This document shows, piece by piece, positions 40,901-54,181 of a DNA stretch of 64,000 nt; within the stretch, counting starts at the first letter, position 1; every line of letters begins with the position of its first letter. This DNA is from Ruditapes philippinarum (taxonomy: Eukaryota): positions 1 through 64,000 of the forward strand of contig NW_026864328.1 in assembly GCF_026571515.1 (NCBI RefSeq), in the 5' to 3' direction. A model generated the notes under the pieces. The model made no database searches, was not told the DNA's origin, and saw only the letters and a program-made list of their open reading frames with translations. The position numbers and the translations under genes are program-made.

Positions 40901-43900
40901 ATTAGAATAAATCAAATTTTTTTTATGCGCATGCAAGTCGTTCCAATTATGATCTAGTTTAGAATAGCAGATTTGTACCAGAAATGTAATTTTAATGTTT
41001 AAAGAAGTGTTTGTTTCTACGAAACGGTGATATAAATTGCATTATGATATACATGTATGTTGTGTCGATTAAACTATAGTCATTCGGAATAATTGGTTCA
41101 AGCACTCTAAGTGTCGAAATTGAGTACCGCTCTTAAGTATCGCTCAAGTCGGTGCTAGGGGAGAGTGAGAGATGTTGCACTTTTTATCCATCATGTACAG
41201 AGTAAATCAAATCGAGTCTGTTATTTCAATGTTATTTCGTGATTAATGCTTCCAAGAGATCACTCATTTTCCAGATTTTTTACACTTACTTTTTAGACAC
41301 ACAATTTATACTAGTAACTGGACAACCCCTGTTAAACATCATGTATTAAATAATTTATTTTGAACATGACAATCCAAACCAACAAACTTTCCATCACTTA
41401 CAATTTATTTATTGTTTCATACATTTTCCCTTTAATGTATATATACTATTCAAAACATTCACATTGTCTTTGGTTCATATTTATTTAAGTTAACTTTATC
41501 AGCTTTCTTAGGGGAAATAACATCATGTTTTCTTATAACGAGGCGATAATGTTGTGACAAGAAAACAGACTTGATTCCTGCTAGCTTAGTTGAGGTAGAA
41601 TCTTCAACATCTTATTAGAAAAAACCTTTAATAAAAGAGAGCGTTTGCTGCAAAAGGTGTTTATAGAGACAAACAGGTGTCTTGAAATCATAACTGTAAA
41701 TAAGCATTTACCTTTAAGTTTTCTTTAATCCTGCAAAAAGACACCTTTGCAGATATCACAATATCATCTACCATGCTATGACTGTCTGTGGACGAAAAAA
41801 GTCCATAACAATAATAATGAATATTTTGCAATACATGCTGTTCGTACAGCCATTTAAAATTAATATTGAAGATAAAGAAAGAATGTAAGTAATGTCTTTT
41901 GAGTAAAAAAATACGACATATTCATCAATTTATTTTTTTATTAATTTTTGTGAAATTGCGTTTTTTGATAACTAAATATGTTTAAAGGTTGTCCGAATAA
42001 GATATTTGATAAAAATACGGCCAGTAAGTTATTTCTTAAAATACACATACATTTACAGCATTTACAGTGTGTTAAAACATATCTCCGCTTAAATAGCTGT
42101 AATCGAGGTGTGCATTACAAGCATAGTTGTTTTAAATTAACAATGTGGATTTTCTGGATAATTGAGTTTAGTTAATAAACATAGCATATCATTTGAATAT
42201 CATTGCAATTTAATGTTTATTAATAGCTTTACGAAGAACAATTACCCATGTGGATACTGAAACTCTACTCAATGATATGTTTATTTTTTCAAGCAAATAA
42301 ACACTGTCTGTCATATAAACTGACATAAAATAGATAAATACAAAATCCCTTAAGAAAGACCAACACGGCAAAATTGAAAATGTTGCAGGCTCGGTTTGAT
42401 TGAGCCTGTTCATGGACGGTACTGGAAAGTGCAAGTTACCGTCCACGTCCCCTAGCACCGGCTTAAGCAGAATTCAACATTTATACATGAAATGGTAAAA
42501 TTTTGAATGTAGAAATATCCGCAGTTGTGTTCATACGGCGGTTATCATGGAACCTTCAATGTGACACTTTCGTGCCATTCCATGAAAAGCGGCGTATGGT
42601 CCCCAAGTAATAAAAAGCCTGTGCCCTAAACGAGAACACAATGGACGAAACTAAATAAAATAGAATTTTGAAAGGGGATCAGAGGTCATGAAGCCTGCAT
42701 CTCACAGATAAGACGTCAAAATACAAATTTAAAAAAGTAGGCAACATATCCTAAGGGTGATTCAACATCATTCAAGTAGGAATATTGGAACCACCCAACT
42801 AGAAAATGCCGAAAAGTTGAAACTAAAACCCCTTCTGTGCATCACTTTTTATTTTGTTTTCTTGGTGGTATAAGTGCAGCGTTTTCTACAGTAATCGGTA
42901 TAAATCCAATAGATTTGTGATGCACTTTCAAAAATGCTAATATACATATGAATATTTCAAATACTTCATAATATAATCATCATTTTGTGAGAAACCACAA
43001 GACTGTTTTAATACCTCAACTTGATGGAAGACATTTTTCTAGTCATTGTATATACTTTTCATGTCTTTTCCTACGCAATCATGCTGTTATACACCTGTTT
43101 GTTTTTTTTCTTAATTTTAACAAACAGATGCATTACCTAAAAATTTACCAAAATGTTATTTTCCATATTTAGAAAACTAAATGGTCTGAAGAAATGTTTT
43201 ATTTCTCTTTGTATACCGCGATACCAGACGGAAGCAGATCAATAGTGTATTATAATCATGGATAAGCTTTTTATTTTGTCATTATTATCTATATCAATAT
43301 GAATTGCTACGAGACAATATAGAGCAAATGGATCATTGGCCTCCTAAACCAACTCACACGATTGTATATTCGCTCACAATTGCGAATGTAAATTACGTAT
43401 AAAGTTTGCTATTATAGGAAAAGTGTATAAATGAGGTGATGTTTGTTTAAAAAAATGTTTTGCGTTTCATTTATAGAAATAATTATCTAATAGCAATAAT
43501 AACATCAACACACTTTTCAAAATAAATTGCTTAATCTTACATTGATAGTCTGTGGATGATACTAAGTTTCACAAAAATGCATTGCCATTTTTAGGGGAAC
43601 TGAACAGCCTCAATCAAACCGAGGCTACAACATCTATAATGAATGCCTTTTTGGCGTTTTTTATTGAGTTTGCTTTTTTGAACACTTTATTTTTATTTAT
43701 ATTTTCTTCTTTCTCTTTTCTAGATATTAATTGTTTTGTACCACAGATGCGATTGTCATTATATAAGCATATCTGTCTGGAAAAATGCATTTATCTTATA
43801 CAGCATAAAAACCAATTTCTATTCGAAATGTATTGGCTTCATATTTTGATCAGTTTGCTTATTTCGTTATGACCATGTTCGTTTCTGAAATACGATATTA

Positions 43901-44724
43901 AGCCATTAAGCGGGTTCTTCACCGTTTGTCAGCATATTAATGGATTTAGGTTACAATGGTGTTCTAGCAGCACAATAGTATCAGTTGCATCATGTATAAT
44001 GCAGCATGTAATGCATGCAATTGCTTTATAGATACACATCTAAATGTGCCAAAACATCAATATCAAGAAACGTAAAAACCGTAATCAAAGACTGACATTT
44101 TGCTCCATTCTTGTTAACTTGATAGGTCATTTAAACAAGCAGAACGTTTTGATGCAATGTTTTTGTTTACTTAATATCTTAAGTTTTTGTAAAAAGATTT
44201 TTTTTTGTCTTACGGCACTCTAACAAAATTAAGGTCATATGGCGCCGAAACAGGACAAATGAATTCGGCTAACCTTAAGTGTTACAAATTTAAAGCAACA
44301 CCAGGGGTCAAAAGCGTGCCTGCTTAAGAAACGCAATTATATATATATACATAACATATATAATTTTTTTTTACGATCACTCAGGGATAAACGGTGGATG
44401 TAACGTGAGGCCTCAACCCTTAAAACCTAATATTTGATTCTCAATATCGCTGCAGAAATAATTCTGGACAATATAAATGTTTTCATATGACTGGAAACGC
44501 ATTTCAGTGTAGATACAAATCTTTATGTGCCATTGATGATAATGATTCTAGTCGTTGCATTAATCAATCATATCGATATCATTGTCGCTATCACTGGCTC
44601 ATTCCTTGAGTCCAATGACTAAGCCTTTCAAGGTCATTTCATTTCTACAAAAGATGTGCAACTACGAGTATTTTTAAGGTCCGTGAAATGTAATTTACTT
44701 AAGGAGAAGAGGATAAATGGATAG

Positions 44725-44790
44725 CGAAATAAATAAATAAATAAATAATAAATAAAAACATAAATTAATGAAAATAAATAAATAAAACAT
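44725..44790. repeat. Degenerate (AAAT)n simple repeat
   Basis: aaataaataaataaataaat... is directly visible. Confidence 0.8.
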
Positions 44791-47748
44791 GATAAAGAAT
44801 AAACAGGAAATGATACCTCTTCTTGTCTTGTTTCAATTTGGTATTTTTTCGTGTTTCTTTTTAAAGTATTCCAGTGGGATTTGTTTTGACATGACTGGGT
44901 AAACATTTTCAGACCATTCACTCACTTCTTTTTTCTCTATAACAACTAAAATCATTTTTATTGTGGAACATAACCTAAAATTAAAAAGCGCTTTAAAACA
45001 TCTTCAACTCAAATTGCACCTGCTATATTTTTTTTAAATTTAATTCATTAGCATGTTTCTTTATTATATTTTTAGTATTCTTTCTTTTAGGTGCATCGAG
45101 TTAATTACATGTATATTACATTTTCAATTTTTATGTGTTATTCAATTGAACCTCGGTGCCATCTAAGCAATAATTCATGATTTAACATTTTCCGATTTTT
45201 TTGTTCCCCTATTCAAAAAACATGGTGTTATGATGAAATGTTTTTCTTAAATGCCAGACAAAAACCGATCAATAGCGTAACAATAATAGATAAGCTTTTT
45301 ATTTCATTTTTATTATATATATCAAATTATCAATATACATCGTTTCTTTCCAGTCGAAATAGAGCAAATGGATCAATAGCCTCTTAAACTCACATGGTTG
45401 TAAATATGATCAAATGTCAGAATATTACCGTCAAACATGTTTTGCCCTAGGTCACATATAGAAATAAGGTTAATTAATAGTTTATTGTATACTTTTCTTA
45501 TATGTGTAAATACTTATCTTTAATTCTTAGAGAAGACGAGACATGGCAATGATATTAAAAAATTCTAAAGAAACATCCTGAAACTTCGAATATAATGGTG
45601 CGAACTATGCACGATTAACTAAGTAAATAATATAATATTTTTAGTGTGTATGTGAAGTCAACAAAAGGTATATTTTTGCCTTATTATTCGTACATGTAGT
45701 AGTATAAAATAGATTATTTTCTGGCAAGATGGCCTCTTGTTTGTTTGTTTTTATTTGGTAGTTTTTAAGACATATGAAATTGCACGATTAAAAATCCACA
45801 TATGTAGGTGTTTTCCTACCAAGTATGTAGAAAATGTTAAAGTCTTGTTCATGGTATACTAGTGGCTTAATAAAGCAAAATTATCAATCTGATTAATAAA
45901 TGAGGCTGGTTTTTTTTATCTCCATACAAACTAAAATTGAGATGTTGGTATTCGTCGCAGTTAGTCTAATGGAATTGCTGTTGCGCGAATATGTACATAA
46001 TTATATCATGTGCTTTATACCTGCATTATAGCACAATGCGAAGTCGTTTGCTGTATTTCTTAACCATTAGCTATGAAGCATAATGTCCCTATAGGAAATA
46101 CGATGTTAAACCATTAGGAGATTCTATCACCGGTTGCTACCATATCAATTTGTTTCCGTTACAATGGTTATCTAGCGGCAGAAAAGTATCAATTGCATTG
46201 TGCACAATGCAGCATATAATTCATGTGAATGCTTTATATGTGCACAAACCATAATGTTCCATAAATCATAGAATAAATAAGTAAACCAGGAAGACTTGTT
46301 TTTCTGAATTATTGAACAGAATAATAACTGAATATAAAAGCATATAAATAATAAGATAACTACTCGTATAGTATATAGAAGTGTGATGATTCGGTTTGAT
46401 TGCGTTTATCTTGCAAAGGTTACAATTATTTAGAGATATATCATATTGTATAAAGAAACTTTGGTTTGATGTTCTTGAAATGAAATGCGTAGGTTTTTAA
46501 AACAAAATTTCGTATTTTATATGTTGACCATTACTAATGCTAATTAAACAGTAGACACATATATATTTGTGCATATTGACACTTGTTTGCATTCAACTAA
46601 GTCTATCTGAATGTTTCACACCAGTCACAAAGTGTTCACTAATTTATGGTTTACCTGTTTTCACATTCTTTCCTTTTTTAATATGTAAGCAAACCAGCAA
46701 AATAAAAAACGTTCAATGTCCTCTAAAATTTGATAACTAAAGGTGAATGTTGGTACGTAACATATTTCTCTGATAATTAACATCTATAGAACATAAAACG
46801 GTAAGCAAGAACATATTAATTGTTATAATCTGTAAATACAAGAAAGAAACTTTATAAAAAGCACCGAAAACTGCAAAATTGAAAAAGTTAAGGGCTTCGA
46901 TTGCCACGGAGCGTTAAATATAACATGTTGATGCAATTCTATAAAAATCAGGGCATGGTCCGAAATCAAAACTTTGTGTGTGCCCTTAACCAGAAAAAAA
47001 TGACAAAATCCCATTTATAATTTATTATACAAAATGTAATTGAAAGTTGTCGTGCGCTTCATAATACTAAACAAGGGTAAAACAAATTTGACAATTATAC
47101 AAACAATATATCAAATATCAAATATAACAAATGATGTCATAAAGAATGTACTTACCTAAGATGCAGTTTGTAGATATATGAACACGCTATAGAGGTTTTG
47201 TTGAAGACGCATTTTCCAGACGCTTGCCGTCAATTTTCTGATAAGAACCTCGAATCAAATAGAACGGACATTGATTCTTTGTGTAATCGACCCTACGAAT
47301 CTGAAGTAATTTAATGCATAGAGTAGAACTACTTCAAAGTCCGAGATTTATTTTAGATAATCTCAAGTTTTTTCGTTTGGTAAAAGTTCGAGGCTGGTCT
47401 AAAAATAAGTTATGCTCAAGGAACAAGCTTGAATGAGAGCAATACTTTCATTTATTATTATTATCATTTTTTTTTTAATTGTTAAAAAACATTTTCGTGT
47501 TTTTGCCATATTGTTTGGCACTGTTTTTCTTTGACTTTTGTTTATTTCTTTGGCTTTCTTTTATTTTAGAATACCGTGTTTATAACTCAAAGCTGTTATT
47601 TATAATTACTTTGCATTTGCAGTTTGATATTTGCAAGTTATAATCATAAAAATTAAAAAAACACATGCACACATCAGAACAACAAAGTGTGCACATGACT
47701 AAGAACCCATACATTGAAATGTCATGGACAGACAGATCTCATTGTTTA

Positions 47749-48530
47749 AACTAGAACCCCGCGAGCCGTATGTGTCTCCTTGTGAATAATATAAATTAGG
47801 AAAAAATGGCCAGGACAAAAATGAAATATAAAATTAACAAAGGGCAATAGCTCAAAAAATAAGAAGTAAAGAGCAGCAATTTCTGTGCATTGTACTTCTT
47901 ATCAGATGAATAATATCCATCATCCTATGACGTTTCAAGTCTATAGCTTTTATAATTTATAAGAAATGGCCTGGACAGAAATAAAGAATGAACATTTAAT
48001 ACAGGGTAATAATTCAAAAATAAGAAGTGCAGAGTACCGGTCCTTGTAAACTGCACTTTTTCTTAATGAGATATATCATCCTATGAAGTTTAAAGATCAT
48101 AGCTTTTATACTTTAGGAGAAATGGCCTGGACAAAAATAAAGTATGAAAGTTAACAATGTGCAATAACTCAAATAGTTAGAAATGTAGAGTACCGGTTTT
48201 TTTGTATTGCACTTCTTCTTAATGAGATCTATCATCCTATGAAGTTTCAAGTCCATAGCATTTATACTTTAGGAGGAATGGCCCGGACAATAATAAAGTA
48301 TGAAAATTAACAAAGGGCAATAACTCAAAAATTAAGAAGTGCAGAGTACCGGTTTTTATGCACTGAACTTTGGGTCATTATAAGAATAATGCATACTAAG
48401 TTTGATGTCAATCCGACTTATAATGACTGACTTATGCTCCGGACAAGCTTAAGGGTCGCCGACGACGCCGACGCCGACAACGACGACAAAAGTAATCCCT
48501 TTATGTCGCCTTTTTTAAGGCGACACAAAA
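47749..48530. mobile_element. Helentron-associated non-autonomous element (HINE / pearl-CvA type) with internal tandem array
   Basis: About four ~157-bp units starting aaatggccNggacaa at ~47804, 47964, 48120 and 48277. (GACGCC/GAC)n microsatellite at 48455-48487. Terminal palindrome tgtcgcctt-tttt-aaggcgaca (48504-48525). Inserted into an A/T run without a TSD; empty site in the left arm at ~14700-14720. Confidence 0.88.
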
Positions 48531-50632
48531 AGGCAGCGTTTATAATTAATCATTACACAGTCAAGCTCTTTTGCATAATTTTGAGGTTTTGACTCTATTT
48601 AAGTTTGCATTCATACCAATTGTGGATATTATATGTTTGGTTTAATGCCTGGTCAAGACATTTAACAGATTATCAAGTAATAGAGAATATATAATAGAGT
48701 TGCTATTTATAATTATTTATACCTTATATTTGTCTGAGCAAATCTAAATAACAGTATGAGGTATGAAATTGAAACTTCATGCATGAACATAATCAAACTG
48801 ACCATGAAACTATCATACAGACTTTAATGACATGAATAGAGCAAATCAAAAACATATATATCATTATCATGTCATGTTCATTTAGACACCTATCTCCAGA
48901 GGAATGACATATAAACATTAATTACAAGTCCACAAAATAAGTAAGATAAATGTTAATTGGTTAACGTTCACAAGAAAAATGTTTATACTACAAAATGCAT
49001 GTTTAAATGTTCTAAAGAGACATTTAATATGATTTAGCAAAGATGCCATGCACTTGAATTTTGTATGTGTACTGTCGTTCAACAAAAGCAAGATTAATAA
49101 AGAAAACGTGCAAAGTGCATTCAATTAATTGTTTATTAGTAATGCTGCCCGGAAGTCCGCCATTGAAACGAATATACCTTGTACAAGCGCATGGTGTTTG
49201 ACATAGCGTTAAAGAGTTGTTGTTTTTCATTCAGTTGTATTGATTATGTTCCCATGATAACACACGTGTCGATTAACGTGGGAACACATTCATTTTCTTA
49301 TAGAATGGTACAAAAATGACAAATTAAAAGCTTCATAATAAATAAGTTATGCAAGTATCTACCGGTTTATATCCACTGTTCTTTGTAAAATAAATGAAAA
49401 CTTAAGGTGCGGAAGCAACAAAAGTGCAAGTGCCGTGTCTCTAGATTAAGTCCCTACAAAATTTGCTTCATTTATATAAAAAATTATTCACATAAAATAA
49501 CGTCGCGGTTAAGGTTAGGTGGTGTCCATATATAGAAGAAGTCAAACTGTCATATTCTTTGACCTTGTTATAAATACATTGTTAAATGCTTACTAATATA
49601 TGCCAAGAGCCTTGATTAAATTAATTTATGTTTTATTCCGCATACGATGACATGATTAGTTTCGCATATTAACACATGCAAATAATTACATGCAAATATT
49701 TACCGACTACTACTACATGTTTGTTTTTCCTTGTAATTTATTGGCCCATTTGTTAAACTGACAAAGGCAATGTTAGGTTATAGAAAGGGTGTGTGTTCAT
49801 GTCAGTATTAATGTAGCGAATAGGTTGTTTAGAATTGTTCTGCATCCAAACTAATTGCATTCATTTTTCCTGCACTTGTTAAACATCAATCATATAAAAA
49901 GGGTTTTCCCATCGTTTTACAATTCACAGAAAATAAAAAAAATGAATGTATTGCAAAGAGCAGTGTGGATGACTAAGGTGTTTAATAATCAAAAATGAAA
50001 GAAATCTGTCCTCCCATATATAGGGTCAAAGCATTACCGAATGCATTGTTTTACATATGATTCATCCTAATGATTATAAATGTTTTTTAATCCTTACATA
50101 ATGTATACAGTATACTATTATTAGATTATATAAACTTACGGTTATACAATGTACTTTAATATATAGAACTAGTGCATTTTTCTAAATAAAATTCTAAAAA
50201 ATATTTTAAGAAAAGACAAACAAAAACACTTAATGAGTTCTTGTTGCTAAGAATATCACGTTGCTTATTTTTCTTTCCACCGTCCTACTTGGTGCCTCTC
50301 TAGTTGTCCTGTGGGACTTGGTGCTATAGGGGAAAACCTGTTGCTATTGTTTTGGCATATTTAGGGTCAACCATTTTGCGAAATAATTTATTTTATTTCA
50401 TTGTAAGTGCCCTTACATGTACGAATATATGTATATGTCTGTGTGTTGCTTTACTACTATAATTATGAATTACAATTATTTTTTTCTTTCCATTTATTGC
50501 ATTAAATTATGTTTAAATCAAACTTAGCTATGATAATTGAAGATGTATTAAATGAACGACACTCTTCATTGATTATCATTGTATCTAATGCACATGGCAA
50601 TTAATGCAGCTTTTTAAAATTTCTTTTAAATT

Positions 50633-50906
50633 NNNNNNNNNNNNNNNNNNNNNNNNNNNNNNNNNNNNNNNNNNNNNNNNNNNNNNNNNNNNNNNNNNNN
50701 NNNNNNNNNNNNNNNNNNNNNNNNNNNNNNNNNNNNNNNNNNNNNNNNNNNNNNNNNNNNNNNNNNNNNNNNNNNNNNNNNNNNNNNNNNNNNNNNNNNN
50801 NNNNNNNNNNNNNNNNNNNNNNNNNNNNNNNNNNNNNNNNNNNNNNNNNNNNNNNNNNNNNNNNNNNNNNNNNNNNNNNNNNNNNNNNNNNNNNNNNNNN
50901 NNNNNN
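50633..50906. other. Assembly gap (274 N)
   Basis: Run of N. Confidence 0.99.
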
Positions 50907-52679
50907 TTTCGATTAATAATTTAAACCATCATTTCTTTTACTGATCATTTCATGTTTACCTATTTTATATTAAATAACTATGTTGCCATATATATTCGGA
51001 AAATCATCTAGTAAATATTTTCTTTAAAGGTGTAGAAGATTTATTTCATCACTGTTCTTTAATATATGCTTCGCCTTGGAAACATTTTAAATCAGACCCT
51101 TATCACTTCCTTTTAATGAGCGTCAATAACAATATCCAAACGATAATGAATTCACATTATAATGTTAAACTTGACAGTAATTATGATCACAAAATGATAT
51201 ACCTGCAGAGATAAAAAGCTTTATTATACAAAAAAATCTGTTTACAATAATAGACAGTGCTTGAAATTATAATCATAATGTGTTGTTGAGGAAGACGAAT
51301 TTAGAATGTAAATTGACTACTAGTTGTGGGATATGTGCATGCTTTTACTTCATTGAAGCATTAAACAGCCAATGTAATTAAAATTTTCCGTTCCAAATAT
51401 GTTTGGATGTTTTATGATGATAGTTTGGAGTCTCTAAACATGACATGTCTTGTGGTTTTTTTCTTCTTCTTATTTACCCTTGTCGTTATATACAAACTTG
51501 CTCAGGCAATTTTGCCAACCAGAATGACCTTTTAAAATTCAATTTTGACATTTTTTCTCTGTTTCATTTTAGACAATTATTTTTTGCATAAGTATTTGAT
51601 ACAGATAGTTTTGACTTAACCAACTCTCGGATGAGATACTTTATTTCCAATTCTAAGTATTTAAAATGTATCAATCGACAAGTATGTATCAATGATCAAA
51701 TTTTCTTAGGTAAAGCCTGTATATAATATAAGACAGACTGTTGGCAATAAAAGACAGGCTGTAGACAATATAAGATGGTCCTATGATATAACCACCTTAT
51801 TTGTAACTAGTCGAATAATGTCAATGTTTCTACTCAAAAGTCCGCTGAACCATAGACACATTTTTTAGAGATAAATTGAGTATTATTCTCTTCAATCTCA
51901 AAAGCATTATCTACGGTTTAGAGAATCGAAATAAACTTTAAAAAAAATAACCAAATTTAATTATGAATACGATTTATCATCTCATCTCATTAAATACCTA
52001 ATTTATTTTAACGAAATGACAATTTAAATATTATTCCGTTCAAATAAAATCTAAAACAATGGACACATGTACGAGTGTCCAGTTTTATAGTGATTTAATT
52101 TCAAAAATATTTTTATCATGATCACTTTAAAAAAACTGTTCCGTGGATACTTTTCTATTGTTACAAAAAAAGGTAGATTTTGCTGTATTTTCTTAATATA
52201 CATCTTTGTTTTAAAAGGCTGTTACTTGTATATTAATATTCATATATTCAGAGAATTTTTTTTTTATTGTTTCATTTATTAGTCTTGGTGAATGCTAAGA
52301 TTGCATGAACACAAAAAAGCGGAATGAAAAACACACTATAAAAGTTTTATAGATTTTGCATGACCTTAGAATGTGACAATAGAAACAATAGTTTATCAAG
52401 TGAAAAATGGGGATCACCGACGTCGATTTTTAGTTGTCTGACCTTGAACTAAAAGTTTTTCTCATTTCAAGGGCAGATAATGAACAATTAGATATAACAA
52501 TACCATTTTCTTTGTAATTCGTATATGTATATGACTAACATTTGTCAAATGAGTGAATTGCCTTTCACTTTCTGTATTATAACTTTAAGTTAGCTTTTCT
52601 GAAATTCTAATCAAGTTACCCGAGTGATAAATTTCTAAAAGTTACTCTTTATAAGAGGCCATAATAAATATATAATGTT

Positions 52680-53182
52680 TTTAGAATGCTATGTCCATGA
52701 ACACTTCGATAACTTGTATTTACATAACGCATTAATTAGTATACATAACGAGCAAATATTCAATTTGGCAACCTAAGTTATCCTCGAAAAGAAACTGAAT
52801 GGTCACATTATGTTAAGAAAAATGTGTTTCATTTTATCTAAAGAGAAAAAATCAGGACATAAAGTATATTTAATCAAATATACAGTTAAGTATCTACTTA
52901 ACTTGTTGGTTATCTCAATTTATTGAATAGTCAGTTATTAGAATGACATAACTTCGTTAACTTGTATTTACATAACGCATTAATTAGTATACATAACGAG
53001 CAAATAATAAATTTGGCAGCCTTAGTTATCCTCGAAAAGAAACTGAATGGTTACATTATGTTAAAAAAAATGTGTTTCATTTTATCTAACGAGAACAAAT
53101 TCAGAACAGAAAGTATATTAAATCAAACATACAGTTAAGCATCTACTTAACTTGTTGGGTATCTCAATTTATTGAATAGTCA
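52680..53182 (+). repeat. Local tandem duplication, 2 x ~250 bp (right arm only)
   Basis: aacttgtatttacataacgcattaattagtatacataacgagcaaata...ctcaatttattgaatagtca occurs twice (~52711 and ~52959). Single copy in the left arm (~9870-10100). Confidence 0.92.
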
Positions 53183-54122
53183 TTTACAAGCGGTATATAC
53201 TTCGTACATATTACATTTTCTAGAATGTACGGAATATACATGTATATCGTGGGTAACCGACGATGAATTTTCTAATAAAAGGGGACATTTGTATTCCACA
53301 TCCTGTGTTAAATGTGTTAAGCGTTTAAATCAAGAATGTACAATATTTACAAGAATGAGCATGTTGTGTGTCTAATGTTGAATTAGAAATGCAGAGAAAA
53401 GTCCATTGTTTACAACAATTCATATATTAATATTTATAACAAGCAATTAAAATTTATATTATTTATATCTTTAAATCATCAAATCTTTCATTGAATGCAC
53501 CTTTGTTTGTTTATCTTGTTTATCATTTGTTTTTTCTTATTATTTTCTTTTTCAAAGTAGCATATCTCATAAAATGCATTACTATTGAAATACTTCTTTT
53601 GATATTTCGTTAAAAAAGCCAATCCTATATCATAATCAAAGTTTAACGACATTCATTGGATACAAATACTAATGCATCATATGCGTGACATAGCCACGTA
53701 AAATGTATTTCATATTCATTGACACATACTATTGAAAGCTAGCCATTAACATAGGAAGGTGTTAATTGCAGGTCTTAAAACTTCACCATAAAGAAAACTT
53801 TAACGCTCTTGTTTTATGCACGTTTAATGCCTATAAAGCATTTTTCACATGCAAGCAATTTAAGTTTACTGCTTGCACTGAGTGAGTAATCCTGTTACAA
53901 AACAATAAAACCTGGTGCTGACGACAACAAATCGTGTATAAAATACGTGTAATAACACTGATGAAAATTTCTGATCAAAGCAAGAAATCTCGGTTTAAAA
54001 CAGTAACACACAAGCCCAAAAGTTTTCCACATTATCAGAAGCCTTTAAATTAGTTTATACCATTTATTAACGCTCAGTTGTGAAACAATTTATTTAAACC
54101 ACTTAAATACATTTCAGAACGG

Positions 54123-54142
54123 TTTTCTTTTTTTTCTTTCTT

Positions 54143-54173
<31 letters not shown>

Positions 54174-54181
54174 GTTTTTTT
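54123..54181. repeat. Poly-T / (TTTC)n low-complexity tract
   Basis: Directly visible. Expanded relative to the short A run in the left arm at ~8558-8569. Confidence 0.85.

Noticed and set aside
47804-48440. CRISPR array or coding repeat
   Set aside because: Contiguous ~157-bp monomers with no unique spacers, inside a eukaryotic HINE-type element.
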